In this document: in pieces, positions 12,603 to 25,643 of the stretch
Numbering within the stretch: position 1 is the first letter of the stretch
Layout: every line of letters starts with the position of its first letter
Made by a program: the position numbers and the translations under genes
NCBI RefSeq assembly: GCF_902713615.1
Contig: NC_052152.1
Location: 52,365,810 to 52,429,809, forward strand
Length of the DNA: 64,000 bases
Direction of reading: 5' to 3'
Source: Scyliorhinus canicula
Lineage: Eukaryota
Notes under the pieces: generated by a model
Database searches by the model: none
What the model saw: the letters and a program-made list of their open reading frames with translations, nothing else
Told to the model about the DNA's origin: nothing

Positions 12603-13539
12603 GATGCAATATTGCAACATTTTATTAAAAAATGGACAGCTCATCCAGATTTATTCAAGTATGTGTGGCATTTAAATGACCACAAAAACAGACGTTTTGC
12701 TTCACTTCAGACCAATTCCAACGTTCTGTAGCAACTTTAGATTGCATCTACCATGAAAGTAGATCAACTTTAAGCTGCTCAATGTATTTCACTTGGAAGC
12801 TAGATAGAATGCATGATGCTATGGTGGAGTGACACACCTCAGACAGTTACTTTGGGATTTCTGCTTTCTATTATGCACCTGCCTTCGCCTGAAGTTGTTA
12901 CAGCATTCGCACATAAATATACAGTGAGGTATAAGCTATTTTTAAAAACATTGCACTGAATGAGCTCCAGCCGCCTCATGTCACCGATTTTCTTCACTAT
13001 CCAGCTGCTAAACAGAAACACAAAAATATGGTATTGGTTTTATGTGTTCTGCATTAGTAGAAAGTTACTTTTGATAGTTTTTAGAAAGCCAAGGTCAATA
13101 AGTTAAACAAAAATCGGTTAAAACATTACTGACTGCAGAAAACATAACTCTGATCTCAAATGGGTTACTTAGTACAGGAGTGATTAAATATTAAACTCAC
13201 ACAAGATCAAGTTAAAGTCAAATACTTATATAAAAATCTCTGTCGCAGGATTTGCACTACAAACAGCCTGCTCATTGGTTCCAATGTAAGTGGAATAGGA
13301 TTTGCGTAGAAGGATTTTAAATGTAAATGTACTTTTCCAGAAAGAAGCCCTTATGTAGGCAGTGTCGAAGAGGGTGCTCGTGAAATTCCACAGACAGATG
13401 CAACTGCACCTCTCTCAAGGAGGTATTTTAAATAACCTTTTAAACAGAGTTTTACCAAAAGAGTTGGGGGGGGGGGGTGAATGGGGGTTATGTTGTCCAG
13501 AAAACTACTTCACGCGATTAAATATTTCAATGTTATTCT

Positions 13540-13900
13540 GCAAAAAAAAAAGTTACATGGTGCCTTTTAACAGAATAAAAACATCCCAAGGCAGTTCACT
13601 GTATTAGAAAACGAAATAAGACATCCAGGCAGCTAGGAGATTAGGTCAGATGATCAAATGCTTGACCACAGGAGGTAGCTTTTTAGAAGGGAAGCGAGGC
13701 AGAAACATATACGGAGGGCATTCCAGAGGTGGGACCTAAACAACTGCAAGGCATGGGCCAAGTATAGCGAAGAAATAAAAATAGAGGATGCTCAGGGGGC
13801 CATTGTTCGAGGAGCACAGATATCCTAAAGGATTGTGGGGCTGAAGGAGATTGTACAAATAGTGAGATGCCAGACCAGGAAGGAATTTGAAAATAAAATG
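13540..13900 (-). mobile_element. Old L2-like LINE 3' fragment
   Basis: ttacatggtgcctttt...catcccaaggcag resembles the reverse complement of L2 3' ends as recalled. Confidence 0.4.
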
Positions 13901-13959
13901 TTGAGGGTTTCAGCTATTTTTATTTTTTAAAAAGCAGATCCCACAGAAAGAAAAACATA

Positions 13960-14773
13960 GGGCAGGATTCTCCATTGGCTGATGCTGAAATCGGGAATGG
14001 GCGGGGAATAGGTGCAGACGGCAAAATTGTGGGGGCCGGCGATTCGATGGCAAATCGCGATTCTCCGTCACCTCGACAGTGGGGTCCATGCGTGCCGGAA
14101 AGCACGTACAGTAAACATTGTTTGCATACCATTAGCAGGCCTGACCCGGGGCCTCCACGATCCTCCACCTCCGATGGACAAGTTTTCGACGGTGCGATTC
14201 ACTTGCGCTTTTATAAATTATGAACCGCCGTTGTGGCCGCTGAGGGAGAGAGAGGGGGTATGGAAAGTGTCCAGTAGCGCCATAGTGTGCTGAAAGTTGT
14301 GGCACTGGCTGCCAAGGGGGGGGGGGGGGGGTGCTGGGCTGTGGACGGGCACGGAATACCATTGCCGCAGCCAGAAAGGCAGCCATGCAGCTGCGCAGGC
14401 CACTGACAGCCCTCTGTGAACTCAGGGCCATGGGCCGTACAGGTGTCCCCAGGCCACCCCCCTTAATGCTCTCTGGCCCCAGCCAATCCATGAGCTGTAT
14501 GGGCATGCTCCAGCGCAATCAGTACCATCTTGTTGGCTAGGATGAGTTGTGTGTGGGGATTGTAATATGTATTTGTGGCTACAGCTCGTCATTCATGGCC
14601 CGGTGAATCCCACACCATTTTTCATTGGAATCGGTCGTGTTCCACGTGGCGTCAGTGCTAGTTCCTCCATGGTAGCAGAATCGGTCCAGTTCGGCGCCAG
14701 TTTAGCGTCCGAGAAAGTCCACAAATCCTGCCCAGGCGTCAACGTTTAGTCTCAGAAACAGAGAATCCAGCCC
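13960..14773. mobile_element. Non-autonomous DNA transposon, PIF/Harbinger-like
   Basis: Terminal inverted repeats gggcaggattctc / gagaatccagccc (12 of 13 match); GC-rich non-coding interior; TSD not clean. Confidence 0.7.
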
Positions 14774-14780
14774 AGGGTTA

Positions 14781-14993
14781 AATTTTTTTTTTAAATTTAA
14801 AGTGCCCAATTCCCCCCCCCCCCCCCTCCAAATTAAGGGACAAATTTAGCATGGCCAGTCCACCTACCATGCATATCTTCAGGGTGTGGGGATGAGACCC
14901 ATGCAGACACGCGGAGAATGTGCAAACTCCACACTTTTGCCGGGTCCTCAGCATCGTGAGGCAGCTGTGCTAACCATTGCACCACCATGCCGC
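14781..14993 (-). mobile_element. Short V-SINE
   Basis: V-domain plus tRNA head on the minus strand, poly-C linker. Confidence 0.8.
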
Positions 14994-15737
14994 GCGCAGA
15001 AAAATATGACTTGAGAAATACAGTGTAACATTATCTATGCAACACAGGCATTGATATAAAAAGGAATAATTTAGCCAAGGAGAAAAGGAATTTTGTGTTT
15101 GGACTCCCATCTTGAAGAGTATCTCACAGGATCTTCCTGCACCCACTACCTTACCCATTACAATCACCCATTTGATATTACCTAAAGACCTGCCCCCTTC
15201 CCAATCATTTGCCAAAAGATCAAATCGAAAGAAACGCGTTTTAAAAAGAAACATCATTTTTATTCAAGGTTTAAATTTCCATTTTCTCTTCAATAGAGCC
15301 AAAATTTGCTTCAATCACCTCTGTCCAACCAGAATAAATCATGGCCAGAACCCCACAACAGTTTTATCAACTTTCTGTAAAATTTCAACAATATTTAATT
15401 TGAGATGCAAAATTTTAATAGAAGAACTAGAGGATCTGATGTACTGTAATCAGGGGCCAAGCAATAAAATTGGGGAATTCATTTGAAAAATACTGCTCCT
15501 TCAGTGAACTGTTCATATTCAATGTGCCACATACGTACGAGTATGTAGGACAGGAGCCAGGCTGTATGAATAACAAGCCACAGCAAATTCCTAAGCAGCA
15601 GCAGCTGTTCAGTGGAGATACCCATCATGGCTGCCTAAAGATTTCAAATGCAATCTGCTTGAAACCATGAGCCCTTCAGTAGAACGTATTCTTGGGAAAG
15701 TGGTCAGGACCCATGATGGACCGGTTGCCATAATTAC

Positions 15738-15845
15738 CTGAGTTGTTGGGTATGTCTGACAGATCGACAGTGCAGTTCATTTCCACAGTCTCGCCTTGGT
15801 ATACGTGAGGCCTCTCAGAATGCAAAGTCACATTAAACCGGGGGG
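15738..15845 (-). CDS. PTGFRN: PTGFRN exon 7 (108 nt): N-terminal part of Ig domain 6; absent from the ORF track
   Basis: ctctctgcag|CC CCC CGG; APRFNVTLHSERPHVYQGETVEMNCTVDLSDIPNNS; donor G|gtaatt; supplies the first Ig6 cysteine. Confidence 0.92.
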
Positions 15846-15933
15846 CTGCAGAGAGTAATGAGAACAGTTCATTTATTATGCTCAGTAATCACTTCAAGTT
15901 CAGTTTTAAACTTTGAAATGGCACTTACTAGAA

Positions 15934-15936
<3 letters not shown>

Positions 15937-15969
<33 letters not shown>
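15937..15969. repeat. (AG)16 microsatellite
   Basis: Direct reading of the sequence. Confidence 0.95.
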
Positions 15970-15972
<3 letters not shown>

Positions 15973-16746
15973 TTTTATATGCATGGCTCCTGCACTGAAT
16001 AATTAAGAGGGAGGGTTCACTCTCTGTGGTTGGGGCGCAGCAAGTCCAGGTCACAAAAAGTGAAATGCTAATTTTGAAACCGGTTTTCTCCCATCCAGTG
16101 CTGAAGGCACTGAAATCTTGCTGACATGCAGTTCTGTTGGCACAGGTTAGCCCTCCAACACAGAGTCTTAAAGTCAGTCTTTTCTTCAATAATTCCCAAC
16201 CAAAATCATGAAGAAAGGTCACTTTTTAAATGCAGTGTATTTTTGGATGGGGATCATCATAAAGCTATTGAACTACATACAGCCTTGCAGCCTAACTCAA
16301 TCATGGGAGCTATCTCAGAACAGACTGGAAATTGAAGCTGGAACCTCCAGTCTGTACAGCTCAATGCCACAGGTGGTGTCACAGCAATGTTCCAACTATC
16401 TATTCCTGTATGAATGCTCCCTCCCCTTGGGCCAAATTAAATGCTCAGGAGGTGAAGTGAGAGCATTTGAACCAGTAACAAATGCACTTCAACCTTACAG
16501 GAACAGCAAAAGAAAACAAACCCTGTGCCTTTTCAGTAGTGCCAGCTGCAACTTGATCAAAACAGCATATACATTCATCTTCTTGCATTAATTAACACGA
16601 CAACAAAAATTTCACTGAGCAGAATACTGTACTCACCTATAAAAGAGAAGCTGGAGGGTCAAAACTGAAACGGTGTGCGCATTGATGCAGAGAACTTAGA
16701 AATAATGCAGCATCTAAAATAACGTTGAGCCGAGATATCAGAATAA

Positions 16747-17064
16747 GGGGAGACAGTGGCGTAGTGGTATTGCCACTGGACAATTAATCCAAAGACTGCT
16801 CTGGGGACCAGTATTCAAATTCCACCAAGGCAGAGGGTAAAATTTGAATTCATTAAAAAAGAATCTGTCAATTATCATTAAAATAACTCCATCTGGATCA
16901 CTAATATCCTTTAGGGATCAAAAGCTGCCACCCTACCTGGCCTGGCCTTCTTTCCAAATTCTTAATTCAAAATGCCCTCCGAAATGGCCCTAGCTGATGT
17001 TCTCAGTTGTAGGGAAATAATTGCTGGCCCAGCCAGTGACACCCACATCCCAAGAATAGAAAAA
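16747..17064 (+). mobile_element. SINE family B (tRNA head; tail ...gctggcccagccagtgacacccacatccc)
   Basis: Homologous to the copies at 29151, 38512 and 44003; tail resembles SlmI/RSg-1-type tails as recalled (not verified). Confidence 0.7.
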
Positions 17065-17098
17065 TACGCACAGCCACCTGAATCAAAACCCAGTTTAT

Positions 17099-17428
17099 AT
17101 CATAGAATTTTCAGTGCAGAAGGAGGCCATTCGGCCCATTGAGTCTGCACCGGCTCTTGGAAAGAGCATCCTACCCAAGGTCAACACCCCCACCCTATCC
17201 CCATAACCCAGTAACCCCACCCAACACTAAGGGCAATTTTGGACACTAAGGGCAATTTATCATGGCCATCCACCTAACCTGCACATATTTGGACTGTGGG
17301 AGGAAACCGGAGCACCCGGAGGAAACCCACGCACACACGGGCAGACTCCGCACAGACAGTGACCCAAGCCAGAATCGAACCTGGGACCCAGGAGCTGTGA
17401 AGCAATTGTGCTATCCACAGCGCTGCCC
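17099..17428 (-). mobile_element. Full-length HE1-type V-SINE with CR1-derived tail
   Basis: gggcagc head, A/B boxes, V-domain, tail gggccgaatggcctccttctgcactg..ctatgat. Confidence 0.92.
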
Positions 17429-17709
17429 TGGGTCCAGGGTCTAACACTGAAGATTCTGGCAAAGAAGGAGCTAGAGTAATAATTTACAGGTTTTTAAATG
17501 TGAAACACCAAAATCAAAATGGAATTATGTATGATTGACAGTGTAAAGATGTGCTTTTAGCAAATAAATACATTTGAAAAGTTTCAAAGGATCTTCCTGT
17601 TGAATCCTTAATTTCACATTTATTTTACTTTCCGTCATCATTTTGATCCATGGATACTTAATGGAAGTATATTTTTAAGTCAAGCAGAGGAAGTGAGGAA
17701 CTGAAAAGC

Positions 17710-18284
17710 TGCAAAATGATTAGCTTTTGAATAGCAGAACTGAGACTTTCTGGCACCCGAGATCAGAGGGATTCGGTTTGATTGGTTGGCTGGCAGCCAA
17801 TGAATTGACTAAATACTGTAATCTGCCCAGCATCAGGCGGTGATTGGGTCCTATCCATGTGGGGTGATTTTCAGAGAGCCCAGGAAGGGCCAGTCGGATC
17901 CTTGACACAGAGAGAAGCTGTGAGATGCTGTCTCCCTCTCTATTTCTCCAAAGATGTTACCTACCTACTGTTTTATGAACCTGCAGAGAAGTTTTGAGAC
18001 ATTGATGAATCTATAGTGCAACCCATTAGAGCCCGAAAGCAAAAACCTCCAACTGAACGACTAGACTGGAAGACGTCTATCTGAAAGAGGCTTTTATCCT
18101 TTTTATTTTTCTTCACAGCAGTCTTTCCTCTGTGTTTGTGTGTCACACACAACCGTATTTACTCAGTTGTTATTAATAAAAAAATAAATTTACATACCAT
18201 TAATTGTTAATTTTAATTGTGTTGCAACTCCAGGTCAAGCGGGGCTGGAATTGAACAAGCACTAATTCCCAGCACGTTGTAACA
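17710..18284 (+). mobile_element. Candidate solo LTR
   Basis: TG...ACA termini with AAGC on both flanks (17706-17709, 18285-18288), AATAAA; 3' end resembles that at 20420-20473. Confidence 0.5.
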
Positions 18285-18844
18285 AAGCCAATTGTTCTCT
18301 CTCTGCTCGTTCCACCACCACACTCCCTGCTATCTTATTAATATACTAAGATTTGTTTAACAGGTTTTCCTCATACTGAAGCTTCATTAGGACTTGATTT
18401 TTAAAAAATTGTGTAAACATTTTACATTTGGAATTCACATTCTGAACCACGAAAGAATAAAATCTGGTGGAATTTTATTTTTCACAACTGAATGCAGGGC
18501 AGAGATAGCATGGGCTTTTGAAAATGCAGATGCAACATTTGTACTTTGAACCAAGGCAAAAAGAGGAATGTGTGGTGGTGGAAATGGAGAATAATGAAAA
18601 ATTAAAATATAATGGGCAGCAGGAGAGAAGGGATAAAAAGGCTCAAGGCTTTTCAAACAAAACAGATTTAAGAAAAAAAAGGGAGAAACCCACAGAACTG
18701 CAATTGATCTGGTCATATTAAAAGTTGAAATGAAATTTACCCAACAGTTTGAACATCAAATGTTAATAGATATATCATGATGACATGATGTGAAGACCCA
18801 TAACAAACCAATTCACATCAAGTTTCCAGCATAAGTGACACCAT

Positions 18845-19693
18845 GAGTGGTCAGTGAAGATGGTTGTCTAGGATTGCAATGGGATCTTGGATCAATTGAG
18901 CCAGTGGGCCCATGAATGGCAGGTGGAGCTTAATTTTGGTAAATATGAGGTGACGAATTTTGGAAGATCAAATCGGGGTTGGACCTACTCAGTTAATAGT
19001 AGGGTGTTGGGGAGAGTTATAACTCCTTGAAAGTGGAGTCACAGGTGGACAGGGTGGTGAAAAAGGCATACGGCAGGCTTGGTTTCATTGGTCAGAACAT
19101 TGAATACAGCGGTTGGGATGTATTGAAGTTGTACAAGACATTAGTGAGGCCACATTTGGAATACTTTGTACAGTTGTGGTCACCCTATTATAGAAGGGAT
19201 ATTAAACTAGAAAGAGTGCAGAAAAGATTTACTAGGATGCTCCCGGGACATGATGTTTTGAGTTATAGGGAGAGGCTGGATAGACTGGGACTTTTTTCCC
19301 TGGAGCGTAGGAGACTTAGAGATGATCTTGTGGATGTCTTTAAACTAAGGAGTAGCATAACTAAGGTAGATAGTCAACACCTTTTCCCAAAGGTAGTGGA
19401 GTCAAAAACTAGAGGGCATAGGTTTTAAGGTGAGAGAGGAGAGATACAAAATGATCCAGAGGGCAATTTTTTCACAGAGGGTGCAAGTCTGGACCGAACT
19501 ACCAGAGGCAGTAGTAGAGGCGGGTACAATTTTGTCTTTTAAAAAGCATTTAGACAGTTATATGGGAAAGATGGGTATAGAGGGAGATGGGCCAAATGTG
19601 GGCAATTGGTATTAGTTCAGTGGTAAAAACTGGGCGGCATGGACAAATTGGGCTGAAGTGTCTGTTTTCATGCTGTAAACATCGATGACTCTA
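18845..19693 (+). mobile_element. CR1 LINE 3' fragment
   Basis: ORF 19027-19428 LYKTLVRPHLEY.VQLWSPY...LERVQKRFTRMLP; CR1 3'UTR. Confidence 0.92.
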
Positions 19694-19699
19694 CAAAAG

Positions 19700-20473
19700 T
19701 GTATTGAGAAAGATAACAATGCAAAAAGGTCAATACCTTCTCACTGAGATTTTTAAACCCTGGCAGGGGGACATGGATACTCCAAAATATAATTCCGAAG
19801 ATGTGGAAATCTCTGACTCTGTAAAAACAGAGGTAAAGATTGTCCATGTGGCAGCACTGGGATTGTGGGATAAATGTCTACTTTCATTCTCTCGTGACTA
19901 AAATGGCTAACCATGAGCCGGAAGCAGGGTTTGATATGAGATAAAGTATCTCAAGAAATAAATAGGCCCGAGTGAGCCTCGAGCTGATGGTCCAGTTTGA
20001 TAAGAACTAAAGTAAGTCCCCAGAAGGCCTGCTGCTTGTAAGTACTATACTGAACAAATGACATGCCTGGAAGACCATGACCAGCTGAAACCAGAGGCTT
20101 TGATCAGAGAACATGCTGCAAGGAAAGTGTGTCAAAAGGACCATTTGAAGCAGACTCTTGTATTTTTAACCCCCCCCCCCCCCCCCCTCTGTGTTTGTCT
20201 GTCTTCTGTGGGTGGGTAGAGGGTGGGACAGTTAAAGGGGGTAGTAGGTAAGCTTGTTATTATTCAGTTGTAATTGCTGCATATTTCATATTTATTCTCA
20301 ATATGAATAAACAGTAATTGTATTTCAACTTACAAACCTGGTGACTGTAATTATTGGACAACCAACAGCCAAAGATTTCGGGAAGTTTCATAAGAATTAT
20401 TGGTTAATTCAGTTTGTGTTGTGACTCCGGGATGAGAGGGACTGAAATTGATCGCCCACTAAAGTGATTCACA
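19700..20473 (+). mobile_element. LTR-like fragment
   Basis: AATAAA and a terminal gactccggg...gaaattga...cact...ACA similar to the 18225-18284 terminus; no TSD. Confidence 0.45.
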
Positions 20474-21249
20474 ACTAAAGTACTTTTGAACAGCAGCCAG
20501 TGTCATATAATGCAGGGAAATTTGTTCACAATGTCACATGCACATAAATGGGAACGGCCAAACAATTTGGTTTATTGGTGTTGGCTAAAGCATAAACAAA
20601 CATCAGCCAGCAAACTGGTAGAAATCGAATGCTATTTTTTATATTCCTTCAAGGTCAAAGTCCTAAACTGGAACAGCAACATATTATTGTGGCAACATGG
20701 AAATGGATGCAACTTAATGGAAAGGAGAGTTTAAACTTTATTTGACCCCTCTCAGGGCTCCAGGATATAACCAAAGTTAAATAGCTGGGACACTCCTTCA
20801 GGAAGATTTCAAGTATTTAATGAGTTATAGATAAATGTCTTACTGTACACAATAAGTTTAATTGCATATTTGCAAAATTTAAAAACTACCTACTTTCATT
20901 TTTAATTATTCCCTGCCAAGATGTTCCAAATTGTTGATGATTTCCCAGTTGACAGAAGCCAAGTAAGCTTTTCCCAAGTCTCTGCCCATTTACCAATGGA
21001 GTCTATGATGTGAAAATGCAACTTGCCCAAGTCAATCTTCATTACTTTCTTCCCTCCTTTGTAATGTCTTGCACTGTATCCAAAATTATGTATCCAAATT
21101 AAGGTTTCCGGATATTAAACTACCAAGCCATCAATGCATAAGTTTTATACCAGTCAGCAGTTTTCTGTCAAACTATATCTGCAAGATATGTACACCAATA
21201 TTTCATCTGCTAATGACTTGTCAATTTTTTGATTAAATTCAAAACCTAC

Positions 21250-21663
21250 CTGCTATTTTAAAGGCAACAGCTACAGTGTTGGACAAATTTGCAACTACTT
21301 CAGACCACTGTCCATTTGCATTTGGAGCCCACGCTTGGACAATACAGTAATATGATCCTTCATCAGAAAATTGGGCCCTGTACAGGCGAAAACGGAACTC
21401 CTCATCGCTGACTTTTTCCAGAACAACATCCTCTAATCGGTCATGGTCATTCCATCTCTCCAGTTTGACCACCGAGTCCTTGGTCAACGAAATAAGCATT
21501 TTGCTGTCCTCTACATCAGTAAAAGCTGGTTCGTTCATTGCTATAGCCACAGAGTAGTGAGGACCTTCAACATGCTCCGCAGAAACACTGCAGATCATCT
21601 CAAAGGTGTTGCCTCGCATAGATACTGGTTTCTTTTCAGTTGCTGTAATACTCAGGCTTGGGT
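21250..21663 (-). CDS. PTGFRN: PTGFRN exon 6: Ig domain 5
   Basis: ttattttag|AC CCA AGC; FEMICSV...EFRFRLYRAQFSDEGSYYCIVQAW; donor G|gtaggt. Confidence 0.94.
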
Positions 21664-22066
21664 CTAAAATAAGTGAAGGGAATATTAAATGCAATTAAAA
21701 ATACAGGTTCAGTGCAATCTTAAACCAGTGACTACTATGATCTAAAGGCAACATGCATGATGTATTATGCACACTAATCATAGTCATGAATTACTCTACT
21801 GGAGAGAGCAGAACATGCACACTGATGTGCACAATGAAAAGTTCTTTGTGAATGATCGCCAACATAGCCCTTGCCTTGTTCTCCCAATCATGGTTACACG
21901 ATCATGGAAAATAAGCAATAGGTCAGGTAACTTCCTAGAAGTTGGCGGAAAGGAAAAGAAGGATGGGTTAACAAAATCTGGCTCACATTAACCCTTTTAG
22001 ACTATGAAAATAATTTTCAGATAAGAATACACAACCTCCAACAATATCATGTCTGCAATAGTACTT

Positions 22067-22295
22067 TTTAAAAAAAATTTAGAGTATCCAATTCATTTTT
22101 TTTTCCAATTAAGGGGCAATTTAGCGTGGCCAATCCACCTACCCTGCACATCTTTGGGTTGTGGGGGCAAAACCCACGCACACACGGGGAGAATGTGCAA
22201 ACTCCACACAGACAGTGACCCAGAGCCAGGATCGAACCTGGGGCCTCGGTGCCGTTTGGCAGCAGGGCTAACCCACTACGCCACCGTGCTGCCCA
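22067..22295 (-). mobile_element. Short V-SINE with 16-bp TSD, in intron 5
   Basis: GTCTGCAATAGTACTT at 22051-22066 and 22296-22311. Confidence 0.92.
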
Positions 22296-22426
22296 GTCTG
22301 CAATAGTACTTATCAAAGGATTAAAATTTTGTTCTCCATTTTAAAAAAAAGGTTTTTACACTACAAAATGGCAGCTTAAAAGAAAACAAACAAGAAACCT
22401 TGCAAAGAACTGAAGGAGTATTTTAC

Positions 22427-22849
22427 CTTCTGTTTTCCAGAACATATCAATGGCAAGTGAAGAGATTTCCTGCTTTTCCAACCATGCATTGTTTCGTTGT
22501 TTAACCCAGGCAGTAACATTGCAAAAATATTCTCCTCTGTCAGAGAGAAGGGCATGTTGCATCTGAAACTTGAAAGCATGTAGCTCAGGCTTCATAAAAA
22601 CAGTCTCTCCCTTTTCCGCTCTCTCAGTATAGTTAGTGCCCAGTTTTAGCGTCCAATCCTGATCCATTGTTGCAATAAGCACAGTTACTTCAGGAGCTCC
22701 ATTCTGCCCTTTTGGGATGAAATACCAGGTCACAGTCAGCTTGGCATTTTCTGCGTTTTGTAAATTCAAGACTCGGCACTCAAGCTCGGCCGACTCCCCA
22801 GAGGAACTAGGTACCTTGATGGGTTGCAGCTGAACAATGTACGTAGGAT
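22427..22849 (-). CDS. PTGFRN: PTGFRN exon 5: Ig domain 4
   Basis: tatccacag|AT CCT ACG; DPTYIVQL...AELECRV...LTVTWYF...DRGEYFCNVTAW; donor G|gtaaaa. Confidence 0.94.
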
Positions 22850-23480
22850 CTGTGGATACAATTAGAACGATTAGATTACCTCTAACGCAGGCTGTAAAAT
22901 TAACAAACTTAATAGTTCAAAAAACCGATATAGTTCAACCAATAATAAGTGGTCCCATAGATAAAAAGTTGCAATTGGATTTTCCCCAATAAACAAGTTG
23001 ACTCTGAAATTCTACTCCCAAGAACATTCCACCTTGAATAGTATTTTATATCTTGGTCTGAATGGTCAGGCCTGTTTGCAATCGCAGATAATGACACATG
23101 CACAAGGGAACTCTAAATATGTCTGAGTTTCAAAAGTGTTCCATCAAGGTGCAGAAGCTTCGCAAGCTGCTTAGAACATTTCCCCCAACTATTTCAAAGG
23201 AACAAAGTGGGACAACATATACAATTGGTGAATGTAAACCCAGGACAGGTCAGAGTACATTCACACCCACAGCTGCCAGTTGCACTGATGCTGCAATTAG
23301 TTCAAATGTAGTCAGAATCTGGAAATCAATGCATCAGTGTAAAGAGGAGGGAAAATGCAACACTGCTTTTCAAGAGTGAGAGCGAGAGAAAGAAAACGGG
23401 CCTGTCAGTTCCACTCCAATTGTGCTAGAATCTATTATTAATGAAGTCACAGCAATGCACGTTAAAAACTAAATCACCAG

Positions 23481-25643
23481 CGGATGGGGGGGGGGGTAGA
23501 TTTCTCATGTTCCGGGGCAAGCTTGAGGGGGTGAAGGTGGTCCTGTTTATGCTCCAAACTGGGATGATGTAGATTTCATCAAAAGGCTGCTGGGGAAAAT
23601 CCCCGACTTGGATTCGCACAAGTTGATTACGGGTGGGGACTTTAATACAGTCCTTGACCCCGACCAGGACCGGTCGTGCTCCAGAACGGGCAGGGTCCCG
23701 GCAATGGCAAGAGAACTGAGAGGGTTCATGGAACAAATGGGGAGAGGTGGATCCCTGGAGAATCCGTCGGCCAACGGGGAAGGAGTTCTCGTTCTATTCA
23801 CAAGGTTTATTCTCATATTGACTTCTTTATTATGAGTAGGGACTTTTTGGAGGGGGTGAGGGATACAGAATACTCGGCGATCACTATTTCTGACCATGCT
23901 CCACATTGGGTCGACCTGCTGGTCTGCAAAGAAAGTTACCAGCACCCACAATGGAGGTTAGAGGTGGTATTGTTGGCAGATGAGAAGGCGTGTGAGAGAG
24001 TGGGGAAATGCATGCAGGACTACCTGCAGGTAAACGATACAGGGGAAGTCTCAGCAGCGGTGCTCTGGGAGGCGCTGAAGGCGGTGGTGAGAGGGGAACT
24101 GATCTCAATCTAAGCCCATAGGGACAGAACGGATAGGGCAGAGATGGACAGACTGGTGCAGGAGATGACACAGACGGATAGGGAATATGCGGACTCCCCG
24201 AGGGCAGAGCTATTTAGGGAATGACGGAGACTGCAGGCGGAGCTGGGAGCGCGATCCACTGCGAAGGCCGTAGAGCAACTCAGAAAGGCTAAGGGCGCGG
24301 TGTATGAGTATGAGGAGAAAGCCAGCAGAATGCTTGCACAGCAACTTAGGAAGAGGGAGGCGGCCAGTGAGATAGGGACGGGGTACGGAACCGGGTGGGA
24401 GACCCGGCAGGACTGAACAGGGTATTCAGGGACTTTTACAGTAAGCTGTACACCTCGGAACCCCCCCACGGGGCCGGAGGGGATGAGGCGCTTCTTAGAT
24501 GGGCTGACCTTCCCAAAGGTGGGCAGGGGGATGGTAGAGGGGCTGGGGGCCCCAATTAGAGCTGAAGTAGTAATGGGGGGCCAGAAGGCCATGCAGTCGG
24601 GTAAAGCCCCGGGGCCGGATGGGTATCCAGTGGAGTTCTACAAAAAGTTTGCGGGTATACTGGGGCGGTGCTGGTTAGGGTGTTTAACGAGGCGAGGGAC
24701 AATGGGGTGTTACCCCAGACGATGTCGCAAGCCACCATCTCGCTGATATTAAAACAGGATAAGGATCCGGAGGTCTGTGGACAGGGTAATTTCCAGGGGT
24801 GAGGTAGGAGAGGGGAGAGTCTCAGATATTTATAAGGAGCTTATGGGATCGGAGGACACAGGGACCGAGGGAGTGAAACTTAAGTGGGAGGAGGAGCTTG
24901 GTGGGGAGTAGGAGGGAGGCGTATGGGCAGACACTCTTGAGGAGGGTAAATGCAACCGCAACATGTGCCAGGCTCGGCCTGATTCAGTTCAAGGTGGTTC
25001 ACCGGGCCCACATGACGGTGGCCCTGATGAGCAAATTCTTTGGGCTGGAGGACAAGTGTGCTAGATGTGGGGGAGGACCAGCGAACCACGTCCACATGTT
25101 CTGGTTGTGTCCAAAACTCAGGGGATACTGGCAGGGATTTGCGGACGTCATATCCCGGGTATTGAAAACAAGGGTGGCGATGAGTCCAGAGGTAGCGATT
25201 TTTGGGGTGTCGGAAGACCCGGGAGTACAGGAGGGGATAGAGGCCGACGTTGTGGCCTTTGCTTCCCTGATAGCCGGGCGACGAATACTGTTGGCCTAGA
25301 TGGGACCCAAAGCCCCCAAGGAGCGAAGTATGGCTGTCAACATGGCAAGCTTTCTCGGCTTGGGAAAAACAATCAAGTTCACCTTATGAGGATCACTATC
25401 GGGGTTCGCCCGGAGGTGGCAACCATTCATCGACTTCTTCGCGGGGAACTAATCGTCAGCTTGGGGGGGGGGGGGGAAAAGAGAGAGAATAGTGTAGAGT
25501 TGGGGGGAAGAATAGGCGGGTCTATTTGCGAGAGTGGTTCTGTTATTTGCACTATGTTTTTTGTAATTGGTATCTGCACACTAATGTATATTGTTACTGT
25601 TTACAATGCCAAAAATACCTCAATAAAATTGTCTGTTAAAAAA
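23481..25643 (+). mobile_element. 5'-truncated L1/Tx1-clade LINE with internal deletion of the RT core
   Basis: APE motifs GGDFNTVLDP, HIDFF, ISDHAPHW; GKAPGPDGYPVEFYKKF; C-terminal CARCGGGPANHVHMFWLC; AATAAA and A tail; 10-bp TSD aaatcaccag (23471-23480, 25644-25653). Confidence 0.92.

Noticed and set aside
12879-13007. 129-nt cryptic exon (tttag|...gcag|gtgcat) in intron 7
   Set aside because: In-frame TAG at the third codon in phase 1, a weak donor, and no Ig-like content.
13920-14749. Cluster of overlapping 60-128 aa ORFs
   Set aside because: They lie within a GC-rich non-autonomous DNA transposon and show no recognisable domain.
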